DNA of 64,000 nt from a bacterium (GTDB lineage Bacteria > Hinthialibacterota > Hinthialibacteria > Hinthialibacterales > Hinthialibacteraceae). A program made the position numbers and the translations under genes. The notes under the pieces are model-generated. The model was not told where the DNA came from, ran no database searches, and was given only the letters and a program-made list of their open reading frames with translations. Where the stretch lies: assembly GCA_963662285.2 (NCBI GenBank), contig CAXXMV010000004.1, positions 1-64,000 on the forward strand, read 5' to 3'. Of this stretch, positions 41,101 to 52,048 are shown piece by piece; position 1 is the stretch's first letter, and each line of letters starts with the position of its first letter.

Positions 41101-42752
41101 TAATATTCCAGAATATTGTCCCGCCCTCCAGCCCAGATGCGGCCATTTCTCAATTCTAACAAACAGAAAGCCCCATAACCGGTATATCCATTTTGTGGAT
41201 TGTATGATTGGTATTCACCTTGGTTAATCCGGGCTATTCCACTTACTCCTCCTATCCAGATATCCCCGTTTCTGGTTCCTAAAAGAGTGCGGATGTTTCC
41301 GGTATCTTTTGGTGATAGTGATTGGAATAACGTTTGAAAATTTCGTCCATCATAAGACTCAATTTGCATCGAACTGGCATCTTTGCCTGATGCTAATAAT
41401 AAAAGACCATTGGCTTGTGGATTATAATGGGCTATATATAAATTATCGGGGTGCTTAATGGCTTCGAAGCGTTCTGCTTCTGGATTAAAACAAATAATTT
41501 GGCCCTGTTGAATTCCAATAATCAACTCGCCTGTTGGCATTAAATGTAAAGTAGAATCATTAAAAGTACTATTGGTAATCGTTTGTGGTAGGGGGTATTT
41601 GGTCTCTTGATTATTGTTGAAAAGATGCAGATCTTGGCCGGTCAGTAACCATAATCGCTTCTGGGCGTCTTCATGGATTGATAAGGCATTGACATCCACT
41701 TCGCTAATTTGTTCAGGCGCTCCCCAGGCCGAGGGATTATATTTCATTAATCCTGTGCTGCTTGCTATCCAGAATTGGTGTTTTGACTCGATTAAAAAAT
41801 CCTTCAGCTTGCCGGATTGAACCCGGTTTCTTGGAATAACAGTTACCTTATTATTGTGATACCGCTTTAATCTCCATGAGAATACTGTCCCTTCTATTGT
41901 CCAAATTTCTTGTTTTTTACAACAAATCCACCCAGCTATAAGGTTTTCTTCGGTGTTAAGGTCATGATGCTTCCATTCCTTCTTATCCAAAGACAATAGC
42001 ATATTGCGTTTGGATTCTTTTTCTAAGCCAATCACAAATAAAACGCCATCAGCCGATTCTATAGGATTTTTGAGATTATAAATTTGAAGATCACCGGGAA
42101 TGGGGAATTCTTCCCAGTCAATTGTTAATCTGTTTTGATCATCATAAGAATCTTGAACAAAGACCGCTCCGTGCGAGCCTATAATCCATATTCCATTATT
42201 ATTTGATTCAATAATTCTTCTGTATTTTCCAATTGCTGTATCGCTGGATTTTTTAATTATTTGCGTTGCGCCTGACTGCGCGTTGAATTGCAACAACCCT
42301 TCAGGAATGGTGAATAGTATACGGTCGCGTGACCGGGATATGAACGTTATTGAATGAAATGAGTTTTCATTAATATAGGTTTTATCAACTTCATACCTAA
42401 CCCATTTATCCCCAACGTATTGGGTGAAACCCTGGGGGTAAATAGACCACATTTGTTTGGCTTGGTTTTCTATGACTTTGACGCCTAGAAATGGGCTGGG
42501 AATAGTGCGGAAATGGTGTCCATTGTAGATGCTCATCTCGCCAACATCGCCATGATTGATTAAAAGGTTACCCTGGGGGCTTAACGATATGGCCGATATC
42601 CATGATTCCTTCATGCCATCTTGGGATGTATATATTCTAAAAGGCGGATATTCCGTAGGATACGCAATTTTTTCTGGTTTTATGGAAACAAAAATAATTG
42701 CAAAAATAATGAAGAAAAAGGTATTGATGTTAAATTTTATATAGAAAAACAT
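38103..42752 (-). CDS. Hybrid sensor histidine kinase: beta-propeller + Y_Y_Y, TM, 3 PAS, HisKA, HATPase, receiver
   Basis: GDIWV/IW repeats, [12 protein letters not shown] motifs (IHPDD), [27 protein letters not shown] and LLTDVIMP. Confidence 0.93.
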   Translation of the reverse strand: MFFYIKFNINTFFFIIFAIIFVSIKPEKIAYPTEYPPFRIYTSQDGMKESWISAISLSPQGNLLINHGDVGEMSIYNGHHFRTIPSPFLGVKVIENQAKQMWSIYPQGFTQYVGDKWVRYEVDKTYINENSFHSITFISRSRDRILFTIPEGLLQFNAQSGATQIIKKSSDTAIGKYRRIIESNNNGIWIIGSHGAVFVQDSYDDQNRLTIDWEEFPIPGDLQIYNLKNPIESADGVLFVIGLEKESKRNMLLSLDKKEWKHHDLNTEENLIAGWICCKKQEIWTIEGTVFSWRLKRYHNNKVTVIPRNRVQSGKLKDFLIESKHQFWIASSTGLMKYNPSAWGAPEQISEVDVNALSIHEDAQKRLWLLTGQDLHLFNNNQETKYPLPQTITNSTFNDSTLHLMPTGELIIGIQQGQIICFNPEAERFEAIKHPDNLYIAHYNPQANGLLLLASGKDASSMQIESYDGRNFQTLFQSLSPKDTGNIRTLLGTRNGDIWIGGVSGIARINQGEYQSYNPQNGYTGYGAFCLLELRNGRIWAGGRDNILEYYGKQWRTISSPNLETVRNMMQSKDGDIWVASGSGVHRFREGSWISNTVEDGLPDATIHNIYQDRTDNIWALSKYGLRQFQPDTDTYPPETFIPIERNMTTIPPDGRIRLVFDGTDRWKQTLKDRLLFSCRLDYISWSPFLPIAEFSKSGLIEGSHIFEVRAMDRYGNIDNTPAQFNFFVLSPWYKDPIVLLLGSVGLLIILITTAFAISRYLWLEKTVATRTRQLSEREELYRTLVENLKQFIFMKDEKSRFISANNSFCTLLGKSLEEIIGKNDYDLFSDELANKHQNNDKYVLETGNSIQIIEEYKTEEGTKWFEKVVTPVRDKQGNITSILGIFWDITERITTEEEIAKLQALLGVAIQQSAVGIIIADAPDVNILIANDAAREMLGETNSPLTNITLQSLANKFETYHSEGTPFKPEDWPLSQAVLQGKSSNNVSVIIHRADGEKRWLLANAAPIRKSDGGIIAGIVVFSDVTEIKRIEEELTKSKEQLETAQSIAHIGSWNSNLITKDLAWSNETHHIFGVDKSHFDGKQSSFYSLIHPDDLDKVKKSAETAILKLQPYSIEHRIIRPDGEERWVYEQAELIKDSNNNAIQLVGTVQDITEAKKAEQEKELLEAQLRQAQKMEAIGQLAGGIAHDFNNLLMAIKGYGSLLHNALDQGSPLREDTEEILKAAERATTLTRQLLAFSRKQVLQPKQLDLNNMVEDMKKMLQRLIGESVELVTHPESSIGKIMADPGQIEQIIMNLAINAKDAMPKGGRLNIETSNVDLDKEYCDMHISVKSGSYVMIAISDNGSGIPKDIIEHIFDPFFTTKAMGKGTGLGLSTVYGIVKQSNGNIWVYSEPDKGTTFKIYFPRILEEIESQIESKPKTKKQSGDETILLVEDEEIVRKIVYRFLKNNGYNTLIANNGPEAIQISEDYTEKIHLLLTDVIMPKMNGIELYNIMKSIKPDIKNLYMSGYTDNEIVHYGILDPGINFIQKPVSEEKLLQKIREILDES

Positions 42753-43145
42753 AACTCATTTATCCTTGTTATGATAATAAATTTTACACAAAAATCGAAT
42801 TTTCAGTTATATGTGATATGTTGTGCTTATCACAATTATGAATTAATATTATCTCCATGTAATATTATCAACGATTAATTGCTTTATATATAAACATAAC
42901 TAAATATTTATTATTTAGTACTAATAATTATCTTGTAATATAAATTTTTAGTATCATTTATATATATTGTATCATAAATTATTGTAATTTGTATCGAAAA
43001 ACAGGATATTTGTTATATTTTTTTATTCATCTATTTCACTCTTCAATTGAAATAGATGACAGATTATTAAAACATAGATGTTATAAAATTGCTTTTACAC
43101 CTGCTATACTGGCTTAATCCATAATCCTTCAATGAGGTTTTTATA

Positions 43146-44207
43146 ATGAAAATGAAAAACTGTTTTATTTTTCTGGTAATTGCTGCAATGTTGACAGCAT
43201 GTTCTGGTGGAGAATCGCCGCAGAAATCTGCTGGTGCTTTCAAGGCCATTCTTATAACTGATGTTGGCGGCCTGGGCGATAAAGGCTTCAATGACGCCGG
43301 ATGGGCTGGATGCGAACTGGCTAAGAAACAACTGGCGGAGCAAGGCAATGATATAGAGGTGCAATTTATAGAATCTGAAGAACAGACCGATTATGTATCC
43401 AATCTCAACATGGCTTCCGAACGGGCTGATGTGGTGATTGCCCTGGGCTTTCTGATCTCTGACGCCGTCATAAAAGTCGCTGCGCATAATCCTGATACCA
43501 AGTTCATCTTCATTGATGGAAAAATTAAGGGCGACAATATCGCCAGTTTCGATTTCCGTTCCAACGAAGCGGCTTTCCAGGCTGGCATTCTGGCATCCTA
43601 TGCCTCCAAAAGCGGAGTGGTCGGCGTGATGCCGGGTATGGATATCCCCCCGGTTCTCGCTTTCGCATCCGGTTTCCGCGCTGGCGTCATCACCGGGGGA
43701 GCGTTGCAAAATAAACCTGTTCAAAATTTGTCCGTAACCATTGGCAGTTTCGATGATCCCGTCAAAGCAAAATCCATCGCCTTAAGTTTGATGGATCAAA
43801 AAGCCGACGTTATCCTTCAATTAGCCGGCAACAGCGGACTAGGCGTAATCGAAGCGGTCAAAGAAGCTCCGGGACGCGCCTTCGTCATCGGCGCCGATAT
43901 TGACCAGGATGATCTGGCGCCGGGCAAAATATTGACCAGTATTCTCAAACGCATGGACCTGGTTGTAGCCCAGCAGATATCCAATGCCTATAATGGAACA
44001 TTCAAAAGCGGCGAGTATGACGTCGGTCTCAAAGAGAAGGCGGTCAGCTTGACTGATATGCGGCATACCCGTTCCATGATTCCTAAGGAGGCTTTTGATG
44101 TTACTGCCAAAGCTGAGAAATTGATCAGTACTGGTACGTTGAAAGTCCCCCGCACTTATGCTGAATTGGAAAAATTTGATTTTGATGCTGCTTTGTTAAA
44201 ACCATAA
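43146..44207 (+). CDS. BMP-family ABC transporter substrate-binding lipoprotein (nucleoside-type)
   Basis: Lipobox LTAC; GGLGDKGFN, GSFDDP and IGADIDQ motifs. Confidence 0.9.
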   Translation: MKMKNCFIFLVIAAMLTACSGGESPQKSAGAFKAILITDVGGLGDKGFNDAGWAGCELAKKQLAEQGNDIEVQFIESEEQTDYVSNLNMASERADVVIALGFLISDAVIKVAAHNPDTKFIFIDGKIKGDNIASFDFRSNEAAFQAGILASYASKSGVVGVMPGMDIPPVLAFASGFRAGVITGGALQNKPVQNLSVTIGSFDDPVKAKSIALSLMDQKADVILQLAGNSGLGVIEAVKEAPGRAFVIGADIDQDDLAPGKILTSILKRMDLVVAQQISNAYNGTFKSGEYDVGLKEKAVSLTDMRHTRSMIPKEAFDVTAKAEKLISTGTLKVPRTYAELEKFDFDAALLKP

Positions 44208-45733
44208 TGAGCGAAGCGACTAATACTGTGTGCGCCCTTAAGGCGCAGGGAATCCATAAGCGTTTTGGTAATATCATTGCCAACCAAGATGTCTCCATCT
44301 CTCTTCAATATGGCAGAGTTCACGCTCTGTTAGGAGAAAACGGCGCCGGAAAATCCACCCTGGCGTCTATCCTCTATGGTCTTTTCACGCCTGACCAGGG
44401 ACAAATTGAGATTGACGGTCAGGCGGTCTGCATCCGGCGGCCTTCTGATGCTATAAGTAATGGGCTTGGTCTTGTCCAACAACATTTCTCTTTGATTCCT
44501 GCATTCACAGTCTTGGATAATATCCTGCTGGGCAATGAAGGCTTGCTGATTGACGCCAGTAAAGCGGAAAGTGATATTAAGAAACAACTGGAATCTTTCG
44601 GCATCGATTTACCCCTGCATCAATCAGTCGATCAACTGCCCGTCGGCGTCCAGCAGCAGGTCGAGATTGCCAAAATCCTCTTTCGCCGGGCGCGGATCAT
44701 GTTGTTTGATGAACCCACCGCCGCCCTGGTCTCCAGTGAAATTGATCGATTCCATGAAACGCTGAACCGCCTGCGCGACAAGAATATCGCTATACTCTTA
44801 ATTACCCACCGCCTGCCCGAAGTCGTCAAAGCAGCGGATGATATTACTGTCTTGCGTAAAGGCAAAGTTGTGTTGCAGGATCAACTGGAAAACACAAACG
44901 CCGACGCCTTAGCCGAGGCCATTGTCGGCGAGCGTTTCCCGGATAAAGAATACGATCTACCCCGACCGGGCGAATGCGTTTTGCAATTAAAAAATATTAG
45001 TTTCTCGAAATCTAAACCGTCCAACGCATCCCCGCATACCTTCGAGGTTCACCAAGGTGAAATGCTTGGCATCGCCGGAATATCCGGCAACGGTCAGGAA
45101 GAACTGATCGATGGTCTCTTGGGCGTTACGAAGGTTTATTCTGGAGAATTTCTATTATCCGGTGAGAATATCAGTAACCTAAATGTTGCGGGTCGAAGAG
45201 CCAAGGGAATGGCATATATCCCACAGGATCGTATTGGCCGGGCGCTGCTGAAGGATCATTCCATATTCGATAATTATCTCTTAAACCGTAATGCTCTTCC
45301 ACGCAACGAGCGATTAATTCCCCAAAGAGAAGCCATTGCTCAGCGGATAGGCTCTTGCATCGAAGAATATAAAATCCAAACCTCATCCTTGCAGCAATTG
45401 GCGGGTCAGCTTTCCGGCGGACATCAACAGCGCCTGGTGGTGTCGCGCGAGTTTCTTTCTAAACCGAAATTAATCATCGCCCACGATCCGACGCGGGGAT
45501 TAGACCTGCGCGCCTCGCGTTTCGTCTATGAACTATTAGTGGAACAATGCCGCAATGGAGCAGCGGTGATCCTATTATCGTCTGAATGGTCTGACCTGTT
45601 CCTATTATGCAAAAGGATCGCCGTCTTATACCGTGGCGAACTAGTCGAAATCCGCGACGCCGACCAATGGACCGTGCGCGAACTGGGACGTCGTATGTCA
45701 GGTATTATCGAACCGGATAATGATAATGAATAA
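44207..45733 (+). CDS. ABC transporter ATP-binding protein (double NBD, CUT2 type)
   Basis: GENGAGKST, DEPT, GNGQEEL, LSGGHQQR and PTRGLD motifs. Confidence 0.92.
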   Translation: MSEATNTVCALKAQGIHKRFGNIIANQDVSISLQYGRVHALLGENGAGKSTLASILYGLFTPDQGQIEIDGQAVCIRRPSDAISNGLGLVQQHFSLIPAFTVLDNILLGNEGLLIDASKAESDIKKQLESFGIDLPLHQSVDQLPVGVQQQVEIAKILFRRARIMLFDEPTAALVSSEIDRFHETLNRLRDKNIAILLITHRLPEVVKAADDITVLRKGKVVLQDQLENTNADALAEAIVGERFPDKEYDLPRPGECVLQLKNISFSKSKPSNASPHTFEVHQGEMLGIAGISGNGQEELIDGLLGVTKVYSGEFLLSGENISNLNVAGRRAKGMAYIPQDRIGRALLKDHSIFDNYLLNRNALPRNERLIPQREAIAQRIGSCIEEYKIQTSSLQQLAGQLSGGHQQRLVVSREFLSKPKLIIAHDPTRGLDLRASRFVYELLVEQCRNGAAVILLSSEWSDLFLLCKRIAVLYRGELVEIRDADQWTVRELGRRMSGIIEPDNDNE

Positions 45734-45793
45734 AACAAAAATAAGAAATGAAGAGTTTTCCCTTCTCCTTATGATAAGGAGGCGGTTTAGCGA

Positions 45794-46807
45794 ATGAGCA
45801 GTCTACGCATCGTAAGATTATTGTTGGCGGTCTTGTTGTCTTTGATCCTGATTGCGATTTTTCTATGGATCGCTGGTTATTCACCTTGGGGCGTCCTCAA
45901 AATATTGATCTCCAGCACCTGGTCTTCTCCAAATGGAGTGTTGCTGGTCGCCACTAAAACATCACTGCTCATACTCACCGGGCTGGCGGTTGCGTTGCCC
46001 TACCGCGCGGGACTCTTCAACATCGGCGGGGAAGGGCAGATATTCCTGGGAGGCCTGGCCGCCTCGCTTGTGGGGATCATGCCATTGGCAATGCTAGGTC
46101 CATTTCACCTGCTTTTGTGTCTGCTAGTCGGGACGCTATGCGGCGCCTTCTGGGCCTGGATCGCCGCTATATTAAAAACTACCCGCGGCGTTCATGAAGT
46201 CATCTCGACTATCATGCTCAACTACATCGCCTTTCAGATTATCAACGAGCTGACCTTCGGCCCGTTCAACGCCGGAGACGGCGCCAGCCGGACGGACTTC
46301 ATCAATGATTCCGCCTGTATGCCCATTATGTTCTCCAGCGGCGCCTCAGAAGCGTCATGGGGAATCGTGATATCAATTATCGTCGCCATCGCCTTCAGCT
46401 GGATGCTCTATCGAACCTGGTTTGGATTCTCGCTGCGCGCAGTGGGCGGCAATCCCCAGGCCTGTAAATATTCCGGTATATCCACTGGCCGGGTGCTTTG
46501 TTGGTCGATGCTGCTGGGCGGAGGTTGCGCCGGACTCTCTGGAGCGCTCCAGGTCACTGGAGTAGACCACACTTTCTACGCAAGATTCGGCGGCGGCTAT
46601 GGCTTCGACGGCATCGCGGTGGCCTTTCTGGCGTTGTGCGAGCCTTGGGCGACGGTTCCGGCGGCGTTTATCATCGCCACCCTGCGCGCGGCGGATCGTT
46701 CGCTGCAACTCGATGCGGGGATTCCCAAAGAGATGGTGCTGATGCTGGAAGGCATCCTTATTATATGTATCGCCATTTTTATAAGACGAAAAAAAGAACA
46801 TGAATGA
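45794..46807 (+). CDS. ABC transporter permease (nucleoside/sugar)
   Basis: FNIGGEGQ, EVISTIMLNY and GYGFDGIAVA motifs. Confidence 0.9.
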   Translation: MSSLRIVRLLLAVLLSLILIAIFLWIAGYSPWGVLKILISSTWSSPNGVLLVATKTSLLILTGLAVALPYRAGLFNIGGEGQIFLGGLAASLVGIMPLAMLGPFHLLLCLLVGTLCGAFWAWIAAILKTTRGVHEVISTIMLNYIAFQIINELTFGPFNAGDGASRTDFINDSACMPIMFSSGASEASWGIVISIIVAIAFSWMLYRTWFGFSLRAVGGNPQACKYSGISTGRVLCWSMLLGGGCAGLSGALQVTGVDHTFYARFGGGYGFDGIAVAFLALCEPWATVPAAFIIATLRAADRSLQLDAGIPKEMVLMLEGILIICIAIFIRRKKEHE

Positions 46808-47732
46808 AAACTGGTTAGCCCTCATACTGCTTCACGAACTACCCCTGCTGCTTCATGCCGGATTCCTCAAGGGCGCTCCATTGCTATGGGCGGCTCTAGG
46901 CGGCGCCTATAGCGAACGCTCCGGCGTGGTCAATATCGGGTTGGAAGGCATGATGCTTATCGGCGCCTTCTGCGCCGTAGTAGGTTCCGGCATGGGCGGC
47001 AGCCCCTGGCTCGGTCTGGCGATGGGCGCCCTGTGTGGAGGTCTGGCCGGATTACTGCACGCCTGGATCTGCCTGCATTGGCGCGCCGACCAGATTGTCA
47101 GCGGCATGGGCATAAACCTCATGGCGCTGGGTCTAACCGGGTTCCTGCTCTATCGAGTATTCGGCGCCAGAGGCAACTCTCCCGAAGTAGCCAAACTGCC
47201 GTCATTGCAAAACGTGGATTGGGCGCCGCAATGGCTCTCCTCATTGTTATTTCCACTATCGATCATGCATTTCGCATTGATCATCATCGTACTGCTATCA
47301 ATGTTCATCTTTTACCGTACGCGCTTCGGGCTGCGCATGAGGGCTTGCGGCGAAGACCCCAAAGTAGTGCAATCGGCGGGAATCAGGGTGGCGCTTTACC
47401 GTTATACCGCAGTAGGCTTCAGCGGAGTACTGGCCGGACTGGGAGGCGTACAGCTGGCCATCTGCGACATCAGCCAGTTCAGCACCGGAATGAGCAATGG
47501 CCGCGGCTTCCTGGCCTTAGCCATCCTGATATGCAGCGGCTGGCGCCCCGGACGCGCCGCCATAATCTGTTTCGCATTCGGAGTAGCGGACGCCCTGGCC
47601 GAAAGACTGCAAGCCCAATTCCCCTCACTCCCAGCCCGCGCCCTACTTGCCTTCCCCTTCATCCTGGCTCTAGTGGTTCTGTCGCTGAGCAAACAGATCA
47701 ATCGGTCACCTAAGGCGCTGGGGCAGGTTTGA
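46800..47732 (+). CDS. ABC transporter permease (nucleoside/sugar)
   Basis: SERSGVVNIGLEG, GLRMRACGE and GRGFLALA motifs. Confidence 0.9.
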   Translation: MNENWLALILLHELPLLLHAGFLKGAPLLWAALGGAYSERSGVVNIGLEGMMLIGAFCAVVGSGMGGSPWLGLAMGALCGGLAGLLHAWICLHWRADQIVSGMGINLMALGLTGFLLYRVFGARGNSPEVAKLPSLQNVDWAPQWLSSLLFPLSIMHFALIIIVLLSMFIFYRTRFGLRMRACGEDPKVVQSAGIRVALYRYTAVGFSGVLAGLGGVQLAICDISQFSTGMSNGRGFLALAILICSGWRPGRAAIICFAFGVADALAERLQAQFPSLPARALLAFPFILALVVLSLSKQINRSPKALGQV

Positions 47733-47830
47733 ATCTATCTATCCTACATATACATAAAATAAACTACCAAAGAAAACAAACCACCAAAGCGTAGGATGGG
47801 TCATGCCTCACCGACCCATCAAAAATCCAC

Positions 47831-48199
47831 CTAAACGCTTGCTTTACTCAACATCTCTTCCACAGCTTGGAGCATATCCATAGGTGAATAAGGCTTGAAA
47901 ATAATCCGGTTCACTCCGTTGCTTTCCGCTTCTGCAATGGTATTTGGTTGAGAGGAAGCCGTAACTAATCCTATAGGGATATCGGGATATTTATCTCTGA
48001 TAAGTGGAACCAGTTCAATCCCGTTAAGACCGGGTAATTGATAATCCAGCAAGAAGACATCGGCATTAATTGACTCCATCTGCTGCAACATCACCTCACC
48101 GTTAGGGAAAGAGTTAACCTGATATCCCTTAAATTCCAGCAAATCCTGAAGGTTCTCGCGCAATTCTATTTCGTCATCAACAATTATTACAGTAGACAT
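47831..48199 (-). CDS. Single-domain response regulator
   Basis: VDDE, LLDYQLP (phospho-Asp), TA and KP motifs; immediately downstream of the kinase. Confidence 0.9.
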   Translation of the reverse strand: MSTVIIVDDEIELRENLQDLLEFKGYQVNSFPNGEVMLQQMESINADVFLLDYQLPGLNGIELVPLIRDKYPDIPIGLVTASSQPNTIAEAESNGVNRIIFKPYSPMDMLQAVEEMLSKASV

Positions 48200-48201
48200 A
48201 A

Positions 48202-51200
48202 TTATTCCCCTTTGGCTGGAAACCGCAAAGTAAACGTTGTTCCACTACCTGGTTCGCTGCTTAATTCTATCATACCATCATGCAATTCGACTAGTTCTTT
48301 GGCTATGGATAGCCCCAGCCCCGAACCTTTAGCGAATTTCTGAGAAGCCGAAGTCCGGTAAAACCGCTCCCAAATCTTCCCGCATTCCTCAGCAGTCATA
48401 CCAATGCCGGAGTCTTTCACTGATAGTTCTATAGTATTGTATTTATGCGACAAACCAACATCGACGGTTCCGTCATTTGGCGTGTATTTTATAGCGTTAG
48501 ATATCAATTCCCCCACTACCCGCTCAATCTTGCTTCCATCAATGTACAGGGTAATCTCATCACCCAGATTAGCGTTGAGGGTGATCTGCTTCTGCTCAGC
48601 GGCGGGTCGGTTTTCGTTGATAATGTTTTCGACAAGCGCCTTGAAAGGGATATCGCTTTTTTCTAATACGATACGCCCGGTTTCTATGCGATTAAGATCA
48701 AGCACATCATTAATCAAGTTAGTAAGCCGATCAACTGATGTAGTAGCGCGGATCATAACCTTCTGCTGTTTCTCATTCAATGCTCCGGCGATGCCCATCA
48801 ACAGGTTATCGAGGCTGCCTTTTATCGCAGTAAGCGGAGTGCGCAGATCATGCGAGGCCTGGGAGACGAATTGGGTTTTCATTTGGTCGAGCTGGACAAG
48901 TTGGGCGTTAACTTCCTGCAATTCGACATTCATATTATTGAGTTGTCTATTTGAGTGTTGCAGGTGAATATGTCGGTTGAGCGCGTATCCTGCGAAAAGG
49001 AGAATCAGGATAGAACCGATTCCCATCATCATGATAACCTTGGGTTCCTGATACCAGGGCAGCATGACTTGGAATTTATGTATGGCGGGCGTCCCGGAAA
49101 TATTCCAATTCAAATCCATAGCCCGCACCTGGAAGATGTGATTGCCCGGTTCTATGTTATCTAATGCGGCGACCGTATCTGTGGTATATTCTGACCACTC
49201 TTGATCATCAATGCGATAAGAATATTGCAGGCGTTCTTTGCGGGTCTGTTTCCATTTGTCGATTCCATCAAAAACAAATTGAGCGTTGCCGTCGGGAGAG
49301 ATGCTGCTGCTGTTTTTACCCTTCGCCATCCATACCTTTGGCGGTGCCGCATCGGCTGAAGGATTAAAGCGGCTGACGCCTTTCTCCGTCCCAACCCAGA
49401 TATCTCCCCGGCTGTCTTCAAACATTTTCCAACACAGGTCAGAGGGTAACCCATCCCGTGAGGTGTAATGAACCCAACTCTTATGTTTATCTGTATCATA
49501 ACAATGAACGCCGTTTTCGGATGCAACCCAAATACGGTTTTGACTATCTTTAATCATGCTGCGGATTGTGCCGAATCCGGTTTTGACAACTCGCCACTTC
49601 TTGCCGTCGTATTCGCAGATTTCATCACGCCCGCCAGACCATATTTTGTTTTTGCCAATATCAAGCAGGTAAAAGCAGCCTGTTCCGGGAAATTCTTCGG
49701 GATCATTAAAACACTTGTGATAAATATTATTCTTATAAACAACAGGCCCATATTGTCTGGCATGACCCAACCAGATATCTCCATTGGAACGTTGAACCAG
49801 GCTTCGTATATTGCTGTATTCAAGCGACTCCATGAATGGATTTAAATCTAATATTTCCTTAAATGATGAGCCGTCATAGTATTCAAGATAGTCGTTATCA
49901 TCTTGAATACTATGAATCCAGGCGCCTGCGCCTTCATTATATTGCAAAGAATAAAAAGAACGATTTTCAGGATGTATTAATGGTGTAAATGTTTTTTTGA
50001 TTGGATCAAATATCTGAATAGAAGAACTGGCGTTAAGAATTGATGCTGCAACTTTATTCTCGGGGAGAATATCTATACCATTAGTAAAAGATGACATTGC
50101 CTGCATCCCTTGCTCGAGAGGGAAAATTTCACTTTCACCATTTTTGTAGTGAACAAGTTGGTTAAAACTTAAAAACCAAAGTGATTTATCCTCATCTTCC
50201 AATATCTTGGTTGGCATATCTCCGAAAAAAGGTATCGAGTCAGGTGTTGACCAAAGCGAAGGAGAGTAATGAGCCAGTCCCCTATTAGAAGCCATGAAAA
50301 TGGAGTTATCATTCTCAAATGTTATATCTAAGGTTTCAAAGGGGAGCGCTTCATGTTCTACTGTAACGCTTTCGACATCGTAGCTGAGACATAAGCGATT
50401 GTTGGTATCCAGCCATCTAAATACTACATTTGACAGTTGTGCAGTACTTTCACGAATTTCCCATTTATCTCCAGTTAGAATAGCTATACCAGTCTTTCTT
50501 GTTCGACGATTGCTTATACCTGCGAATAAGACGCCGTCGTCGCGTTCGATGAAATGAAAGGGGTATTTGTAATTAGCGTTCTCAGGCAGGGGATATTCAG
50601 TCCAATTCCATTCAAGTCCTGATTTGGTTTTTTGGTAATGTCCTTTTATGGCTCCATTTATGTATTCGATCCATATTCCTCCATCTTTAGCAATGTATGC
50701 ATTCCCAATATTCGATTTGGAACTGAATATTGGCATCGCATTGTCTGACTTAATAGATTCTTCAGCTAGCGTCGTTTGCGTGGCGCTTAATATGGTTTCA
50801 AGAACCATATTTGAGGGATGAAATGCGTATACTTTATCAAAATATGGAATAATTACATTGTCAGGATCAATAACTTTGTATTGGGCAAATGATAAATATC
50901 CCATACCATTTACTTGGATATCGAGATTCTGAGAATTTATCAGTTCTTCAAAAAATGGTATGGGGAATTTTTCCCACTGGTTGGTTGTGATATTAAATCT
51001 TTGCAAGCCGAGAAAATGCTCATTTTTATTGGTAAGGTCTGACCAGTAGTTGCCATCGGAATCTTGTTGGATATAGGGATGAATATGCGGCGCCGGGAAT
51101 TTCTTGACGTTGTAGCCGTCCAGTACGCAGAAATGGGGGACGCTGCCGCTGCTGACGATGATTTCATCATTCAAGCCTTGGGCTACGAAGAAAGTCATAG

Positions 51201-51357
51201 TTTCGCCCAGACCGTCGCTGGAGTTCCAGAAGCGGAAATCATGTTCTTCAAAAGCATTGAGGCTGCATGGCGCTAAAAGAGTTAAAAATGAAGTTAATAG
51301 AAAGAATCGGCGCAATCTGGCGGCATGGCGTTTCATGGGCATCCTCACAAAAAACAT
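48202..51357 (-). CDS. Sensor histidine kinase with beta-propeller + Y_Y_Y extracellular region
   Basis: GLPSD...DSRGDIWVGT, HIFQVRAMD, TM, SHDLRTPL, NAIKY, DSGIG and GSGLGL motifs. Confidence 0.92.
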   Translation of the reverse strand: MFFVRMPMKRHAARLRRFFLLTSFLTLLAPCSLNAFEEHDFRFWNSSDGLGETMTFFVAQGLNDEIIVSSGSVPHFCVLDGYNVKKFPAPHIHPYIQQDSDGNYWSDLTNKNEHFLGLQRFNITTNQWEKFPIPFFEELINSQNLDIQVNGMGYLSFAQYKVIDPDNVIIPYFDKVYAFHPSNMVLETILSATQTTLAEESIKSDNAMPIFSSKSNIGNAYIAKDGGIWIEYINGAIKGHYQKTKSGLEWNWTEYPLPENANYKYPFHFIERDDGVLFAGISNRRTRKTGIAILTGDKWEIRESTAQLSNVVFRWLDTNNRLCLSYDVESVTVEHEALPFETLDITFENDNSIFMASNRGLAHYSPSLWSTPDSIPFFGDMPTKILEDEDKSLWFLSFNQLVHYKNGESEIFPLEQGMQAMSSFTNGIDILPENKVAASILNASSSIQIFDPIKKTFTPLIHPENRSFYSLQYNEGAGAWIHSIQDDNDYLEYYDGSSFKEILDLNPFMESLEYSNIRSLVQRSNGDIWLGHARQYGPVVYKNNIYHKCFNDPEEFPGTGCFYLLDIGKNKIWSGGRDEICEYDGKKWRVVKTGFGTIRSMIKDSQNRIWVASENGVHCYDTDKHKSWVHYTSRDGLPSDLCWKMFEDSRGDIWVGTEKGVSRFNPSADAAPPKVWMAKGKNSSSISPDGNAQFVFDGIDKWKQTRKERLQYSYRIDDQEWSEYTTDTVAALDNIEPGNHIFQVRAMDLNWNISGTPAIHKFQVMLPWYQEPKVIMMMGIGSILILLFAGYALNRHIHLQHSNRQLNNMNVELQEVNAQLVQLDQMKTQFVSQASHDLRTPLTAIKGSLDNLLMGIAGALNEKQQKVMIRATTSVDRLTNLINDVLDLNRIETGRIVLEKSDIPFKALVENIINENRPAAEQKQITLNANLGDEITLYIDGSKIERVVGELISNAIKYTPNDGTVDVGLSHKYNTIELSVKDSGIGMTAEECGKIWERFYRTSASQKFAKGSGLGLSIAKELVELHDGMIELSSEPGSGTTFTLRFPAKGE

Positions 51358-51539
51358 AGATGCCTTGATAATCTCAAAAAAATGATAAAAAGTCTACTTA
51401 GGATTAACTCTTAAAATAACAGACAATTATATTCATTCTCAAAAGTATGCCCCTGGATTATCATTTTTCTCCTCTTGCTAGATAAACAAAAGTTCACTAT
51501 TTGGCATAGTACTTGCGAAAATACGTAGCAAACAATTAA

Positions 51540-51725
51540 AGCGATTATCAAAATTATGTTCGTTTATTATCACCTTTGGTCTTCTAGTCTTCGAAAAAGC
51601 CAATCTTTTCTGGCTTTTTAGAGTCGCCAATCAGAACATTATTATGAAAACTACTCTAGTAATACAAAAATACTGCGATCAAACATCCCTCTCCCAAGAT
51701 TGAGAGAGGTTAGGAGAGGGTTGAT
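51540..51725. repeat. Inverted copy of the 3433-3541 element adjoining a CCTCTCCC/GAGAGG palindrome unit shared with 55190-55255
   Basis: Direct alignment; TAATAC.AAATACTGCGATCAAACAT.CCTCTCCCAAGA.TG.GAGAGGTTAGGAGAGGGTTGATA occurs at ~51660 and ~55191. Confidence 0.8.
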
Positions 51726-52048
51726 AACGACTTCTTTCGAAAAGAAATTACCAACAATATGGTATTTATTTACTGTAACAAAATCCCATAAAACCGGAGC
51801 ATCTCAAGAGCGGCTTGCTCATCAAAAGGTAAATATGAACTAAATTACTATAAATCAGATGTTTAATGTGCTTTTTTGAAATCATAAATTCCGGAATAAT
51901 ATAAAATACGGCTTGAACCTACTGATCAGACATAAGATTATTGAATTAAAATCAAAAAAACTTTGTATTTATCAATATATCAGTTGAAATTAACGATAAT
52001 ATATGTTAAAAAAGTATCTATCTAACATTCTAACCTTGGGAGGTTCGC

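Noticed and set aside
44207-45733. Degenerate ABC motifs as pseudogene evidence
   Set aside because: Asymmetric degenerate NBDs are normal in CUT2-type sugar/nucleoside ATPases.
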